Below are positions 17,885 to 27,992 of a stretch of DNA of 64,000 bases, one piece after another. Below the pieces are notes generated by a model, which worked only from the letters and a program-made list of their open reading frames with translations, did not search any database and was not told the DNA's origin. The stretch is from IMG/VR virus record IMGVR_UViG_3300019487_000021; one strand, 5' to 3'. Source of the stretch: a virus (lineage: Duplodnaviria; Heunggongvirae; Uroviricota; Caudoviricetes). The translations under genes were made by a program, and so were the position numbers. Position 1 is the first letter of the stretch. Every line of letters starts with the position of its first letter.

Positions 17885-18697
17885 ATGCTTATAAGACCTC
17901 ACAGTGATCTCCATTTGGAGTTCGCTCCGATTCTTCGTATGATTGAACTCGAGACAGACAAGGACACTGTCCTTGTGCTGGCGGGCGATGTGTGTGCCGT
18001 CTCGTTGTGGGATCGCATCGGGGAACCATTTTTCAAGATGGTGGCAAGCCAGTTCAAACACGTGATCTATGTGTTTGGAAATCACGAGTTCTACAGTGGT
18101 GGCTCATTCCTGTATTCGCGGCAAAAGTTCAAGGATGCTCTAATGAAAGCTGGGATTACCAATGTCTATCTCCTCGAGAAAGAAACCATGGTGATCGACG
18201 ACGTTGCTTTCGTTGGAGCAACTCTCTGGACTGATTTCAAGCGCGGCAATCCGGGTGTGATGGCGATGTCGAAGGTGTACATGGCGGATTACAGCCAAAC
18301 ATATTTTGATGGCCCGCCATCACAAGGATGGCCAGTCGCTCCCGATTGGCGTGGGTTGCACCCGCAAGATGTGTACCGTGATCATGCTGATGCAAAGGAT
18401 TACGTGTTTTCGGCCGTAAAGGAACAGAAACAACTTGGAAGAAAGGTGGTGTTGGTTGTTCATCATGGTGTAAGTGAACAATCAGTTCATCGCCGCTTCA
18501 AAGGGAATCACATGAATCCAGCATTCGTCTCTGAGTTAGACGCAGAGATTATCGATGCCCAACCAGACATACTGGTGCATGGTCATGTGCACAATGTGTT
18601 CAACTACAAGATCGGCAACACACAAGTGATTGTTAATCCGCGCGCTTACCCTAATGAACACTTTGATTGGGATGAAGCGTTGGTTGTAGAGTTGTAA
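17885..18697 (+). CDS. calcineurin-like metallophosphoesterase
   Basis: 'SDLH', 'AGD', 'GNHE', 'VHH', 'HGHVH'. Confidence 0.9.
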   Translation: MLIRPHSDLHLEFAPILRMIELETDKDTVLVLAGDVCAVSLWDRIGEPFFKMVASQFKHVIYVFGNHEFYSGGSFLYSRQKFKDALMKAGITNVYLLEKETMVIDDVAFVGATLWTDFKRGNPGVMAMSKVYMADYSQTYFDGPPSQGWPVAPDWRGLHPQDVYRDHADAKDYVFSAVKEQKQLGRKVVLVVHHGVSEQSVHRRFKGNHMNPAFVSELDAEIIDAQPDILVHGHVHNVFNYKIGNTQVIVNPRAYPNEHFDWDEALVVEL

Positions 18698-18753
18698 GAG
18701 AAGGGTGAGTTTTCTCACCCTTTTCTCTTTTCTTCCATAAATAGCAATAGGTT

Positions 18754-19020
18754 ATGGAGAAACACATGGATCTTAACTACTACCGCAAAGCTGCTGGTCT
18801 TTCTCTTGTAGAGAGTGATGCTTCACCGGAGCATATCAAGAGTGAAAAGGCTCTATTCGAAACGTGTATCGGTCATTGCGACAAGATTATTGCAATGTGT
18901 GAAGCACGCCTTCAACAGAACGATCTCTCGGACGAGCACAAAAAGCAGTACACAGAACTTTGTAAGTGCACAAAAGAGCACGTAGCTCTTTTGAGGAAGC
19001 ATCTTGCAAGTTACAAATGA
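18754..19020 (+). CDS. hypothetical protein
   Basis: 'YYRKAAGL' N-terminus; late-promoter-like CATAAATA upstream. Confidence 0.65.
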   Translation: MEKHMDLNYYRKAAGLSLVESDASPEHIKSEKALFETCIGHCDKIIAMCEARLQQNDLSDEHKKQYTELCKCTKEHVALLRKHLASYK

Positions 19021-19103
19021 GTGGTTGACCTTAACCACTAAGTAGCTTAAAGTAACAGCAAATCGGAATAGACCGATTTGTCTTCGATATCGAGGAGTTC
19101 GAT

Positions 19104-20126
19104 ATGTCATACATCTACGACTATGTTGTTTTCATTGGACGGTTTCAGCCGTTCCATATTGGTCACAGACAAGTGGTCGAGACCGCCTTGTCGATCTCCG
19201 ACAAAGTTATCCTGTGCATTGGTAGCTCATTTGCGCCTCGTACTCCAAAGAATCCGTTTGTGGCTGATGAACGTATTGCAATGATTTACGACTCCATGCC
19301 GCATGCGATTGATCGAATCAAAGTCTCGCTTATCCGCGATCAGCTGTATAATGATCAACTTTGGGCAGCGAGCATTCAAGAAGAAGTTGAACGAACTGTT
19401 CGGGCCGGCGGGTGGCGTGACAAACCAGCAAAAATCGCAATCATCGGCCATACGAAGGACCACAGCAGCTACTATCTCAAGATGTTTCCGCAGTGGACAA
19501 TTGTTGAACATGAGATGAACGAAATCGTCAATGCAACGGATATCCGCGAACTGTTCTTCGAAGGAAAGAATCTGAAGTTCTTGCAGACGCTTCTTTCACA
19601 ACCTGTATATCGCTGTCTCGAAGTGTTCAAGATGACGGAAGATTATCGAACGCTCGCTAAGGAACACGAGATCATCAAGCGATACAAGAAGAGCTGGGAG
19701 GGTGCTCCGTTTCCGGCTGTGTTCGTTACTGTCGACGCAGTTGTTGTCCAATCGGGACACCTTCTGATGGTCACGCGTGGTGCTGCTCCTGGGATGGGCC
19801 TGAAAGCGTTACCTGGCGGATTTATCGAACAAGGTGAAACATTGATAGAAGCTATGATTCGCGAACTTCGCGAGGAGACTCGTCTCAAGGTTCCGGCACC
19901 AGTTCTTAAAGGCTCGATCAAAGCACAACACGTTTTCGATGCACCGAAACGATCGCTTCGTGGTCGAACGATTACACACGCATTTCTGATCGAATTGCCG
20001 CCTGGACCATTACCAGAAGTGAAAGGCAGCGATGATGCGAAAGATGCGTACTGGGTGCCTGTAAGCGAGGTTCGAAGCGACGAATGCTTTGAAGATCACT
20101 ACGACATCATTCACTATTTCTTGTGA
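19104..20126 (+). CDS. nadM: bifunctional NMN adenylyltransferase / Nudix hydrolase (NadM-Nudix, NatV-like)
   Basis: '[12 protein letters not shown]', 'KNPF', Nudix box '[22 protein letters not shown]', 'GSDDA', 'FEDH'. Confidence 0.95.
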   Translation: MSYIYDYVVFIGRFQPFHIGHRQVVETALSISDKVILCIGSSFAPRTPKNPFVADERIAMIYDSMPHAIDRIKVSLIRDQLYNDQLWAASIQEEVERTVRAGGWRDKPAKIAIIGHTKDHSSYYLKMFPQWTIVEHEMNEIVNATDIRELFFEGKNLKFLQTLLSQPVYRCLEVFKMTEDYRTLAKEHEIIKRYKKSWEGAPFPAVFVTVDAVVVQSGHLLMVTRGAAPGMGLKALPGGFIEQGETLIEAMIRELREETRLKVPAPVLKGSIKAQHVFDAPKRSLRGRTITHAFLIELPPGPLPEVKGSDDAKDAYWVPVSEVRSDECFEDHYDIIHYFL

Positions 20127-20249
20127 GGAATACAAGGCTTTGCCGAATACGTTTCATTGACGTTTAGGTTCACAAGAAGGAAACCGAGCAACCGTTTAGT
20201 TGAGTAACCCAAGAGTGAGAAGTACAATAGACGCTCTTAGGGGCTCTCC

Positions 20250-20804
20250 ATGTACGATAACAAAAAACTGACTGTAATCAACTTCTTTGCTGGTCCTTCC
20301 GTAGGCAAATCAACGATTGCACCTGCGTTATACGTCAAAATGAAGAAGAAGGGAATGAAAGTCGAACTCGTACACGAATTCGCAAAAGATTGTGTGTGGG
20401 AAAGTATGACGCACATCTTCACCGAGCAAGACTACATTTTTGGCCAACAACATCGGATGATTCGTCGCCTGATTCGACATGACATCGATTATGCGGTGGT
20501 CGACAGCTCAATTCTGTTGGGATTGTTGTACATGCCAGAATGGTTTCCGAAATCGTTTGAGCCGTTCCTTCTTGATGTGTTCCATTCGTACAACAACATC
20601 AATATCTTCTTAGAACGCAATCCAGCAATCCCTTATGTCCAGGCTGGACGTAATCAAACAGAAGAACAGGCAAAACATAAAGACGTTGAGTTGAAGACCC
20701 TTTTGCATAAGCATGCTATTCCATACTTTTCCTTTCTGTCTGAAGATGGTGTAGAGGACAAAATTCTAAAGTACATTGAGATGCTTCACACAGGACATCG
20801 TTGA
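20250..20804 (+). CDS. P-loop nucleotide kinase/ATPase (NadR-like AAA_28)
   Basis: 'INFFAGPSVGKST', 'VHEFAKD', 'YVQAGRNQ'. Confidence 0.7.
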   Translation: MYDNKKLTVINFFAGPSVGKSTIAPALYVKMKKKGMKVELVHEFAKDCVWESMTHIFTEQDYIFGQQHRMIRRLIRHDIDYAVVDSSILLGLLYMPEWFPKSFEPFLLDVFHSYNNINIFLERNPAIPYVQAGRNQTEEQAKHKDVELKTLLHKHAIPYFSFLSEDGVEDKILKYIEMLHTGHR

Positions 20805-20840
20805 CATGACCCTCAAACATAAATAACATATTGTTTCTAT

Positions 20841-20913
20841 TGCGGGATAGAGCAGTGGCAGCTCGTTAGGCTCATAACCTAAAGGCCGGGGCGTTCGATT
20901 CCCTCTCCCGCTA
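20841..20913 (+). tRNA. trnM: tRNA-Met(CAT)
   Basis: TTAGG-CTCATAA-CCTAA arm; 1:72 mismatch; no encoded CCA. Confidence 0.8.
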
Positions 20914-20920
20914 CTTTCGG

Positions 20921-20962
20921 ACCTCTCAGTTCGATCCTGATATTTAGATCGAACTGAGAGGT
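20921..20962. repeat. 16-bp perfect inverted repeat
   Basis: ACCTCTCAGTTCGATC / GATCGAACTGAGAGGT directly after the tRNA. Confidence 0.85.
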
Positions 20963-21144
20963 TGCCATGGAAAAGATTTTACGATTTCGAGCCAAATGGG
21001 TGGTAGATTGGCTCGTGTTCTTAAAGAAATTGCCAAGTGTCGACGGTTGTGTGCAAATTGCCATCGAAAAGTTCATGCAGGCTTGTTGACAATTTCATGA
21101 CCTTAAATGATCGTTGCGCTGATTAGTGTTAGGACCATCTACAT

Positions 21145-21369
21145 ATGCCAAAAGTTGAACTGACCCTTGAGCGACAGTCCTCAAAGGACATCGATAACGC
21201 ATTGCGAAAGCTGAAGAAGAAAGTTGAAGCTGGTGGCGTTCTTCGAAAACTTCATGAGCTGGAAGCTTATGAACGTCCAGGCGTGAAACGCAATCGCAAA
21301 AAGTCTGCGGCCATCATGCGTTGGAAACGCGATCAGCAGAAAAACAAACTTCCTCCGAAATTATACTAA
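21145..21369 (+). CDS. rpsU: ribosomal protein bS21
   Basis: 'IDNALRKLKKKV', 'YERPGVKRNRKK.AA..R'. Confidence 0.9.
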   Translation: MPKVELTLERQSSKDIDNALRKLKKKVEAGGVLRKLHELEAYERPGVKRNRKKSAAIMRWKRDQQKNKLPPKLY

Positions 21370-21677
21370 TGAGGCTTAGCAGCGTAATTCGAGGCTTAAT
21401 TGACCGCGCGTGGTTCTTCCAATGGCACCATCCTTTACACGTAGGTAGCCGGAAAATCAACAACACGCACTTTCACAAACCTGGAGAGCTTGTTGAAAAC
21501 CTTTCTCCTGGTGAACGGGACACTCTTAAAGACTTGAAAGCAGAACATCTTAACGATCGTTTGGATGTTGCAACAATGTATCAAGTTGAACGTCCTGGCC
21601 GCCGTGGTCGCTATGGTCAAGCTCTTGACGATCAAAGAGAATGGGCTCGCAAGCAAGCGGAACGAAACAAGAAATGA
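21369..21677 (+). CDS. hypothetical protein
   Basis: ATG overlaps bS21 TAA. Confidence 0.55.
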   Translation: MRLSSVIRGLIDRAWFFQWHHPLHVGSRKINNTHFHKPGELVENLSPGERDTLKDLKAEHLNDRLDVATMYQVERPGRRGRYGQALDDQREWARKQAERNKK

Positions 21678-21863
21678 ACAATAAAGCAGAACGCTTCCTT
21701 AGAAGAACTAGAACGTATTGCAAAATCTTGGCTTGTCTTAGTTGAGCAAAGGAGGTATAAATAGTCGACCACATGACTTCTGGATTGGGTAATAGTACCG
21801 AATCCAACTTCACCGACTTTAATTTTGGGCGTTTAGTCGGTACGCCGTTGAAGAGGAGTCACA

Positions 21864-22784
21864 ATGATGTATGGCAATAAGCTCGCCGTAGCTATTAAAC
21901 ATAACGGCAAAGTCCTTCGCGAATTCAAGGACATCATCTATCTGCCTTTCGGTGCAGAATACTCAATCTATATCAAGAACATGGACACTGTCCGTGCATT
22001 GGTCAAAATTTCGATCGATGGCACGGACATTGGCGATGGCACAGAGTTTGTTGTGCCGGCTCGTGGCTCGATTGAAATTGAGCGTTTTGTCAAAAATGGC
22101 AACTTCAACCAAGGCAATCGTTTCAAGTTCATTGAACGAACTGCACGTATTGAGAATCATCGTGGGATTGGTTCTGAAGATGGTATCGTTGTCATCGAGT
22201 ACAAATTCGAGCAGCGACCGCCAAAAACTGAATTCGTGATCAAGAAAGAGATCATTGAACGCGAATATCACGATAAGTGGGTTCACACACCACGGCGTCG
22301 TTCGCCTGATTGGCCTTTTCCATATAATCCGCCGATTATTTGGTGTTCCAATACGTTAGGTGGCAACCGTTTAATGAATAATGCTGACACGGTGACCGTC
22401 AATAATTTGATGGCTCAGAATGCTCAGGGTGTAACATTTAGTGCAAACGATGGTGCTCAACAAATTTCTTGCAGCGCGCCCGCAAGCGCAATGAGTCATT
22501 CAGTGATGGATTCAGCACAGATCCCGATGAACGCAATCAACGAGAACGGAATTACGGTAGCAGGTGGTGTTTCTGATCAACAGTTTCACACTGTTGCTTG
22601 GTTTCCTACCGAAGCAGATAGCTACACACTTGTTCTTCGTTTGCTTGGCAAAGTCGAGACCGGTAAGGCAGTTGTTGAAGCTATTACTGTGAAGAAGAAG
22701 CAAAAATGCACCAGTTGCGGACACGTAAACAAGGCTAGCGCTAAGTTCTGTGCCGCGTGTGGTACTTCATTAGAATTGATTTGA
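21864..22784 (+). CDS. hypothetical protein with C-terminal double zinc ribbon
   Basis: 'CTSCG...AKFCAACG'; GAGGAG SD. Confidence 0.75.
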   Translation: MMYGNKLAVAIKHNGKVLREFKDIIYLPFGAEYSIYIKNMDTVRALVKISIDGTDIGDGTEFVVPARGSIEIERFVKNGNFNQGNRFKFIERTARIENHRGIGSEDGIVVIEYKFEQRPPKTEFVIKKEIIEREYHDKWVHTPRRRSPDWPFPYNPPIIWCSNTLGGNRLMNNADTVTVNNLMAQNAQGVTFSANDGAQQISCSAPASAMSHSVMDSAQIPMNAINENGITVAGGVSDQQFHTVAWFPTEADSYTLVLRLLGKVETGKAVVEAITVKKKQKCTSCGHVNKASAKFCAACGTSLELI

Positions 22785-22863
22785 TTTTGGGAACATGTCG
22801 GGGCGGGAAAACGCCCCGACTTTTCCGGATGAATATAAATACCCCACTAACTGGAGGGGTATA

Positions 22864-23244
22864 ATGTCATCTTTGTCCGACTTTGTCGCTGCCAACAAAA
22901 CACTAACTAAGATCGCGGCCGAAGTTGCTGCAATTGCGACGCTTGCAACAGCAGCCCAGGCTTTTGATGGCCGATACGTTAAGACAGCAGACTTCGAGAA
23001 CTATCAAGCACGTCAAGAACAACTCAGCCAAAAGATTGTTGTTCGTCAGGACATGAACACGGCTCAACTTCGTGTTCAACAACTCGAAGACAAACTATTC
23101 GAACTCCGTCAGATCGAACGACCAACTCAGGCTCAGCGTGCTTTGATCCTTCGCTATGAAGATCAGTTGCGAGCAGCGTCAGCTGCTCTGCGGGAAGCTG
23201 AACTTACACTTCGTAACCTTGAAGTTGGTAAACCGGTTCGTTAA
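22864..23244 (+). CDS. hypothetical protein, N-terminal hydrophobic helix plus coiled coil
   Basis: GGAGG SD; heptad-rich C-terminus. Confidence 0.6.
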   Translation: MSSLSDFVAANKTLTKIAAEVAAIATLATAAQAFDGRYVKTADFENYQARQEQLSQKIVVRQDMNTAQLRVQQLEDKLFELRQIERPTQAQRALILRYEDQLRAASAALREAELTLRNLEVGKPVR

Positions 23245-23915
23245 TTGTTGAACACTTTTGGCACCAGACCACCAAGATGCTCTGGTGTTGGCTGTCCTGT
23301 GGCCAATCGTAAGAATGCTCGAATCTTGACAATCGACACAGCTATTGACATGTAATGGTGGAAAGCTTGAATGCCATATTGTCTCGGTCCTTGTGGGATC
23401 GCGATGATCGAATCAACAAGTCCAACGAGCTCATTAGTGTTCACGATGAACACTCCACCGCCTGAGTTGCCGAAAGAAATGTTAACGGTCATTACCAATT
23501 GTCCCGCTGTGTTTAATCCTTGAAACCGTCCGTCGGTTGCAAATTGAACTTGTGTTAATTCTGGCAACGGAAATCCTACAGCGACGAGAGGTTCGTCGAT
23601 CATCGGAAGTCTTTCTGAAAGTGAACCGCATGGACAGTGTATGTCAGGCGCGTGTAAAAGTGCGATGTCGGCTGCTTGATCAATCTTGACGATTTTTGCT
23701 GTGGCATTATTTGGACCTATATAGATCTGTGCTTTGGGAACAGCTTCGACAACGTGTGCAGACGTAAGCAAATATCCGTTAGCAATCACCACTGCCGATC
23801 CGTGTGCACCACCAATTGATACCCCATACACCGTTTGGCGTACAACCGAATAATCTTGGGCATTGGTATTGGTGAAACACAACAACATTGCAACGAACAC
23901 TAGTACTTTCTTCAT
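23241..23915 (-). CDS. secreted trypsin-like serine protease
   Basis: Signal peptide; 'LTSAHVV', 'DIALL', 'GNSGGG' catalytic triad. Confidence 0.85.
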   Translation of the reverse strand: MKKVLVFVAMLLCFTNTNAQDYSVVRQTVYGVSIGGAHGSAVVIANGYLLTSAHVVEAVPKAQIYIGPNNATAKIVKIDQAADIALLHAPDIHCPCGSLSERLPMIDEPLVAVGFPLPELTQVQFATDGRFQGLNTAGQLVMTVNISFGNSGGGVFIVNTNELVGLVDSIIAIPQGPRQYGIQAFHHYMSIAVSIVKIRAFLRLATGQPTPEHLGGLVPKVFNN

Positions 23916-24033
23916 GTGTTTCCTCCGTCCGATAACCCTATTTATGTTGACACTTTCTGTCGAATCTTGGAAAGTCACATTCGACTTGTTCTGACAAGGG
24001 TAATGGGGATTTGTTTTCTTAAGCCATAAATAC

Positions 24034-24112
24034 GCTCGAGTAGCTCAGTGGTTTCAGAGCGGCGGTCTCTAAAACCGAATCGGTCGGGGGTTCGAATCCC
24101 CCCTCGAGCACC
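24034..24112 (+). tRNA. tRNA with CTA anticodon (amber suppressor)
   Basis: GCTCGAG acceptor, GCTC/GAGC D-stem, loop CT-CTA-AA, GGGGG-TTCGAAT-CCCCC, ACCA; CATAAATA directly upstream. Confidence 0.85.
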
Positions 24113-24173
24113 AACACTAAGCGCTCAAGACTTGAAACAGACCTTTCACTTTTTACTAGACGGGAGTATTATC

Positions 24174-25511
24174 ATGACAAAAGCGTACAAGACTTACATC
24201 GGCATTGCCCGCGATCGAAGCGGTTCCATTCGCAGCTACGGACTCGAGCGTCCATGCGCAAGAGATTACAACTCACAGCTGCAAGAAATTCAACACAACA
24301 CTCAACAGCATCAACTCGACAGTATCATCAGCGTCGTCGATTTCGGCAGCTCCATCGAACCTTTCGTCACTGTGCTGCCCGTGATGTCTGTTCAACCTCA
24401 ATCTGAACACCTGTTCAAAGCAACTCTCGGTCAGACTCGTCTTTACGATGCGGTTGGTTACCTGATCAATCAGTTCTCACGTATGCCGGATGCGAACGAT
24501 CCGAACGTATCGTTCCTGATCCTGGCAATCACCGACGGTGAAGAGAATGCTTCATACGAGTGGCTCGGCAGCCGTCTCGGTGGTGAGATCTTCAAGCTCC
24601 ACGCAACCGATCGCTGGACGTTCACGTTCCGCGTCCCTCATGGATACAAACGTTCGCTTGTAAACATGGGGATTCCTGCGAACAATATCATGGAATGGGA
24701 ACAAACGGAACAAGGTCTCCGCGTTGCTGAAACTGCAACTCGTGCGGCCACAGCGTCGTATTTCAGCGCACGTGCAACAGGTGTTGGTTCGACTAAGGCA
24801 TTCTACACGACTGACCTAAGTGGTGTTGACGTCAAAGCGATTCAATCGACGATGACGGACATCTCCGCCCAAGTGAATGAGTGGAAGGTCACCGCATCCC
24901 ATTGCTTTGAGATTCGTGACTTCTGTGAACGCATGACCGGCAAGCCAATGCTTCGTGGTGCAGCGTTCTATGAACTCGTTAAGAAAGAAGACGAAGTTCA
25001 AGAGTACAAGCTGATCATGATTCGTGATCGTGCAACGCGTGCTGTCTACGCTGGTCATGGTGCTCGTCAGCTTCTTGGTCTTCCGACAACTGGAACGATT
25101 CAACTGCGTCCAGGTGATCATGCTGCGTACGACGTATTCATCCAGTCAACATCTGTAAACCGTAAGTTGCCAGTCGGCACAACTCTGATGTACTGGCCGA
25201 ATGTTGGCGTTGGTTATATCGATGGCAAAAGCTCAGCAAAAGCTGCTCCTGTGCATGCGAAGATTACAAAGGTCCGCAAAGCTGGTGATCCAGCTCAATT
25301 GATTCGCAAAAAACAAATTGCGGCTGGTTTCACTCAACCAACAGCTTTGGCAAATAGTGTCGACTATAATGTCGGCTACAAGATCGGCTACAAAGACGGC
25401 CGTGGCAAGAAGAAGAATCTTGCTAATGCTGGTCAGTATTCTGGCAACGTTGCTGGGTATTCACATGGTTTCGCCGATGGAAAGGCGAAGAAGCCAATGG
25501 CAGTAAAGTAA
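24174..25511 (+). CDS. vWA-domain protein
   Basis: 'ARDRSGSI' DxSxS, 'TRLYDAV', 'ITDGEENAS'; C-terminal 'GYKDG' repeats. Confidence 0.75.
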   Translation: MTKAYKTYIGIARDRSGSIRSYGLERPCARDYNSQLQEIQHNTQQHQLDSIISVVDFGSSIEPFVTVLPVMSVQPQSEHLFKATLGQTRLYDAVGYLINQFSRMPDANDPNVSFLILAITDGEENASYEWLGSRLGGEIFKLHATDRWTFTFRVPHGYKRSLVNMGIPANNIMEWEQTEQGLRVAETATRAATASYFSARATGVGSTKAFYTTDLSGVDVKAIQSTMTDISAQVNEWKVTASHCFEIRDFCERMTGKPMLRGAAFYELVKKEDEVQEYKLIMIRDRATRAVYAGHGARQLLGLPTTGTIQLRPGDHAAYDVFIQSTSVNRKLPVGTTLMYWPNVGVGYIDGKSSAKAAPVHAKITKVRKAGDPAQLIRKKQIAAGFTQPTALANSVDYNVGYKIGYKDGRGKKKNLANAGQYSGNVAGYSHGFADGKAKKPMAVK

Positions 25512-25522
25512 GGCCCTACGTT

Positions 25523-25561
25523 CTAGGACAAACGCCGCCTTCGAGCGGCGTTTTCTTTTTT
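25523..25561 (+). terminator. intrinsic terminator
   Basis: AAACGCCGC-CTTCGA-GCGGCGTTT followed by T-run. Confidence 0.7.
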
Positions 25562-25633
25562 CGGTTCAGAGGGATAGAAAACGTTCACTTGCCCCTTGTC
25601 TCCTATAAATATCCTAAACACAGGAGATCCTCA

Positions 25634-27064
25634 ATGAAACAAGGGTTCATCATTTCCAAGAACAGAACCAGCAAACTGTTCTTCAGCTCACGCAGCTCCT
25701 ACAACCGTCCTGTCTGGACGGACAACCTCGAAGAAGCAGCGATTTATCATAGCGACGCATCTGGTTCTGATGCTGTGAAAAAGCTGTGGGTGCGAGGCTC
25801 CTACAGTGCCAAACTAACACCGTTAGCTGAACTCGAAGCGTTTAAGATTGACCCTGAAACCGAAGAGAAGACCCCAATCGAACCACATCACGACGATGTC
25901 GATTCAGCAGTGTCGCCGGATTCAGACATCCCTACTGACGATGCAGATTCCGACATGGATGCAGATTCCGATGATTTACCATCCGACGTGGATGCAGATG
26001 CTGATTCCAGCGAAACTGAAACCGAGAAGGAAACTTGTCCGAAATGCGGCAAAGCAGGACAACACAAAGAAGATTGTGAAATGGCTTTTGTTGCGCAGGA
26101 TGAAGAGCGTTCAGCCGTTAATACAGGCAACCTGTTTCACGCTGACGAGCCGGTGATGTGGAACGGACACAACGCAACAGTTATCGTACCAAACGCACAA
26201 GCTGATTTCGTTGTAATTCGTGTTGATGGACTTGACAAAAAGGTTCCATATAAGGATGTTCAGAAGGTTCGTTCAGAATCTATTGAAGGTGTTAATCCGC
26301 AAATGGCATATGCTGCTCGTGCCGCTGCATGGGATCGCGCTGGATTGGGTGCAGGCGAACGAGCAGGTCAAGCACGCGCTGGAGAACATGCATGGAGTGA
26401 TCGTCCGAAGCGCGTTTACGTAATCTATAACGGTCGCAAGTACGATTTCGAAAACAATGCACCAGCTGCCGTTCAATTCATTCGTAAACTGACTCCAGAC
26501 GAACAGAAATTAGCCAAGTTGGTTACTGAAGATTCTCACATGCCTAAGCGTCCTGGCAATGATCCAGCTCCTCCAAGTGAGAATGATGACACAATTCCAA
26601 ACCTAACAGAACCAAAGGTTAGTGAGGTTGATTTCGACGACCCAGTTGGTGAGGAAAACAGGCCAGAAACAGATCTGACATATGCAACAGCTATGAATCA
26701 TGATGAGAAAGTCAAGATTCCTGGCAACGTTATGTCAGCACTCAAGGCAAGTATCGACACGTTCCGCAAGGCAGCTGACTACAACAACACGCGTGATGAT
26801 GCACAGGCGTCATTCTGCATGACAGTTGCTGGTGCTATGGAAGAGTTGCATGATCATCTTTCACAGGGCACTGTTGCAGGTATGAAGCAAGCTCAGATCA
26901 AAATGTCTTCTTGGATGAATCCAATCACAACAAACATTCCTGAGGTTGTTCGATTGTTTGTTGTCAATGGTGGTCGTCAGCCAACGTTGAAGGATATGTT
27001 TGACTTCAAGCGTGGTCAAGCACTGTTGAAGCGTGCATCAAAGGGCTTCGGTTACAAGGACTAG
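25634..27064 (+). CDS. large acidic hypothetical protein
   Basis: Asp-rich low-complexity middle; TATAAATA and AGGAG upstream. Confidence 0.75.
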   Translation: MKQGFIISKNRTSKLFFSSRSSYNRPVWTDNLEEAAIYHSDASGSDAVKKLWVRGSYSAKLTPLAELEAFKIDPETEEKTPIEPHHDDVDSAVSPDSDIPTDDADSDMDADSDDLPSDVDADADSSETETEKETCPKCGKAGQHKEDCEMAFVAQDEERSAVNTGNLFHADEPVMWNGHNATVIVPNAQADFVVIRVDGLDKKVPYKDVQKVRSESIEGVNPQMAYAARAAAWDRAGLGAGERAGQARAGEHAWSDRPKRVYVIYNGRKYDFENNAPAAVQFIRKLTPDEQKLAKLVTEDSHMPKRPGNDPAPPSENDDTIPNLTEPKVSEVDFDDPVGEENRPETDLTYATAMNHDEKVKIPGNVMSALKASIDTFRKAADYNNTRDDAQASFCMTVAGAMEELHDHLSQGTVAGMKQAQIKMSSWMNPITTNIPEVVRLFVVNGGRQPTLKDMFDFKRGQALLKRASKGFGYKD

Positions 27065-27068
27065 TCGA

Positions 27069-27416
27069 ATGCGACTAATAGAGTTGTTCCATAGAGGTGT
27101 TTTGAGCGTCCCAACGATGTCGCCACAGCAATTAGCGTTGCGTCACAATGTTCCGTTGTCGGTGATCAATGCACAACTGTACAAAGGAATTCAACACGAA
27201 CTCGAGCACACAAAATCACGCGCCGCTGCTCGTGAAATTGTGCTTGACCATCTTAAAGAGAATCCACGTTATTACGACAAACTCGAAATGGTCCTTCCAG
27301 AAGATGTTGCACCACGTGCAACATCTGCGGTGGCAAAATCTGCGAACAAAGGAAAGCAGAAGACAACCAAACGTGCAAAAGCACGTAGAGTTACGTTTCA
27401 ATGGTCCGGTGGTTGA
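27069..27416 (+). CDS. DUF5661-like hypothetical protein
   Basis: 'GIQHELEHT...A.EIVLDHLKENPRYYDKL'. Confidence 0.65.
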   Translation: MRLIELFHRGVLSVPTMSPQQLALRHNVPLSVINAQLYKGIQHELEHTKSRAAAREIVLDHLKENPRYYDKLEMVLPEDVAPRATSAVAKSANKGKQKTTKRAKARRVTFQWSGG

Positions 27417-27501
27417 TTTTTCGAAACGAATCATATATACTGCACAACACGTGTAGCCAGTGTGTTCTGGTCACGTGTTTTCAAAACTGTTGACCTTCTA
27501 C

Positions 27502-27771
27502 TATAAATAGAGGTACAGTTTGATTTCTTTGGAACTAACTTTGAACTTTGAACATGGAATATGAAGGGTAACGAAATGCAACGCTGTCAATCACTACATA
27601 GCTGGCATCTGAGTGATACGTCACTCGGGCAGGGCTCCATGCGTTCGTATCGATTCGAACGTCCTGAGCAGCCTAACAGCGCCCTTCGTGGAGATCCGAC
27701 CTGGGACTAAAACGGATCTAAGCAGAACAAACACGAAGGGCTCTGCGAGAAATCCAGAGCCCTTCCTTTTT
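27502..27771 (+). promoter_or_regulatory. late promoter plus leader peptide plus terminator/antiterminator at the head of the tRNA array
   Basis: TATAAATA 27502-27509; ORF 27576-27710; 27681-27690 pairs 27732-27741, competing with terminator 27735-27765 + T-run. Confidence 0.7.
27735..27771 (+). terminator. intrinsic terminator (attenuator)
   Basis: GAAGGGCTCTG / CAGAGCCCTTC 11-bp stem + CTTTTT. Confidence 0.85.
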
Positions 27772-27784
27772 GGTAAGTTCAATT

Positions 27785-27990
27785 TTAAGGCGGCATGCAG
27801 GATTAGACGTAACGTCCAGATTGGAAACGAGATCCGACTGTGGACGATAAACATACAGGAATGGTCGGCGGTGAGGATGAAAGTGCGGCGAAAACGCATG
27901 AGTAAGAATCATCACCGTAGGGAATGCCTACGGTGGAGTACGAAAGTATTCTAGAAGAACACTACAGGAGAAATCCTTGTAGCGTTCTTA
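27785..27990 (+). ncRNA. candidate structured RNA before first array tRNA
   Basis: Series of hairpins, several closed by GAAA loops; no credible ORF. Confidence 0.45.
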
Positions 27991-27992
27991 GG

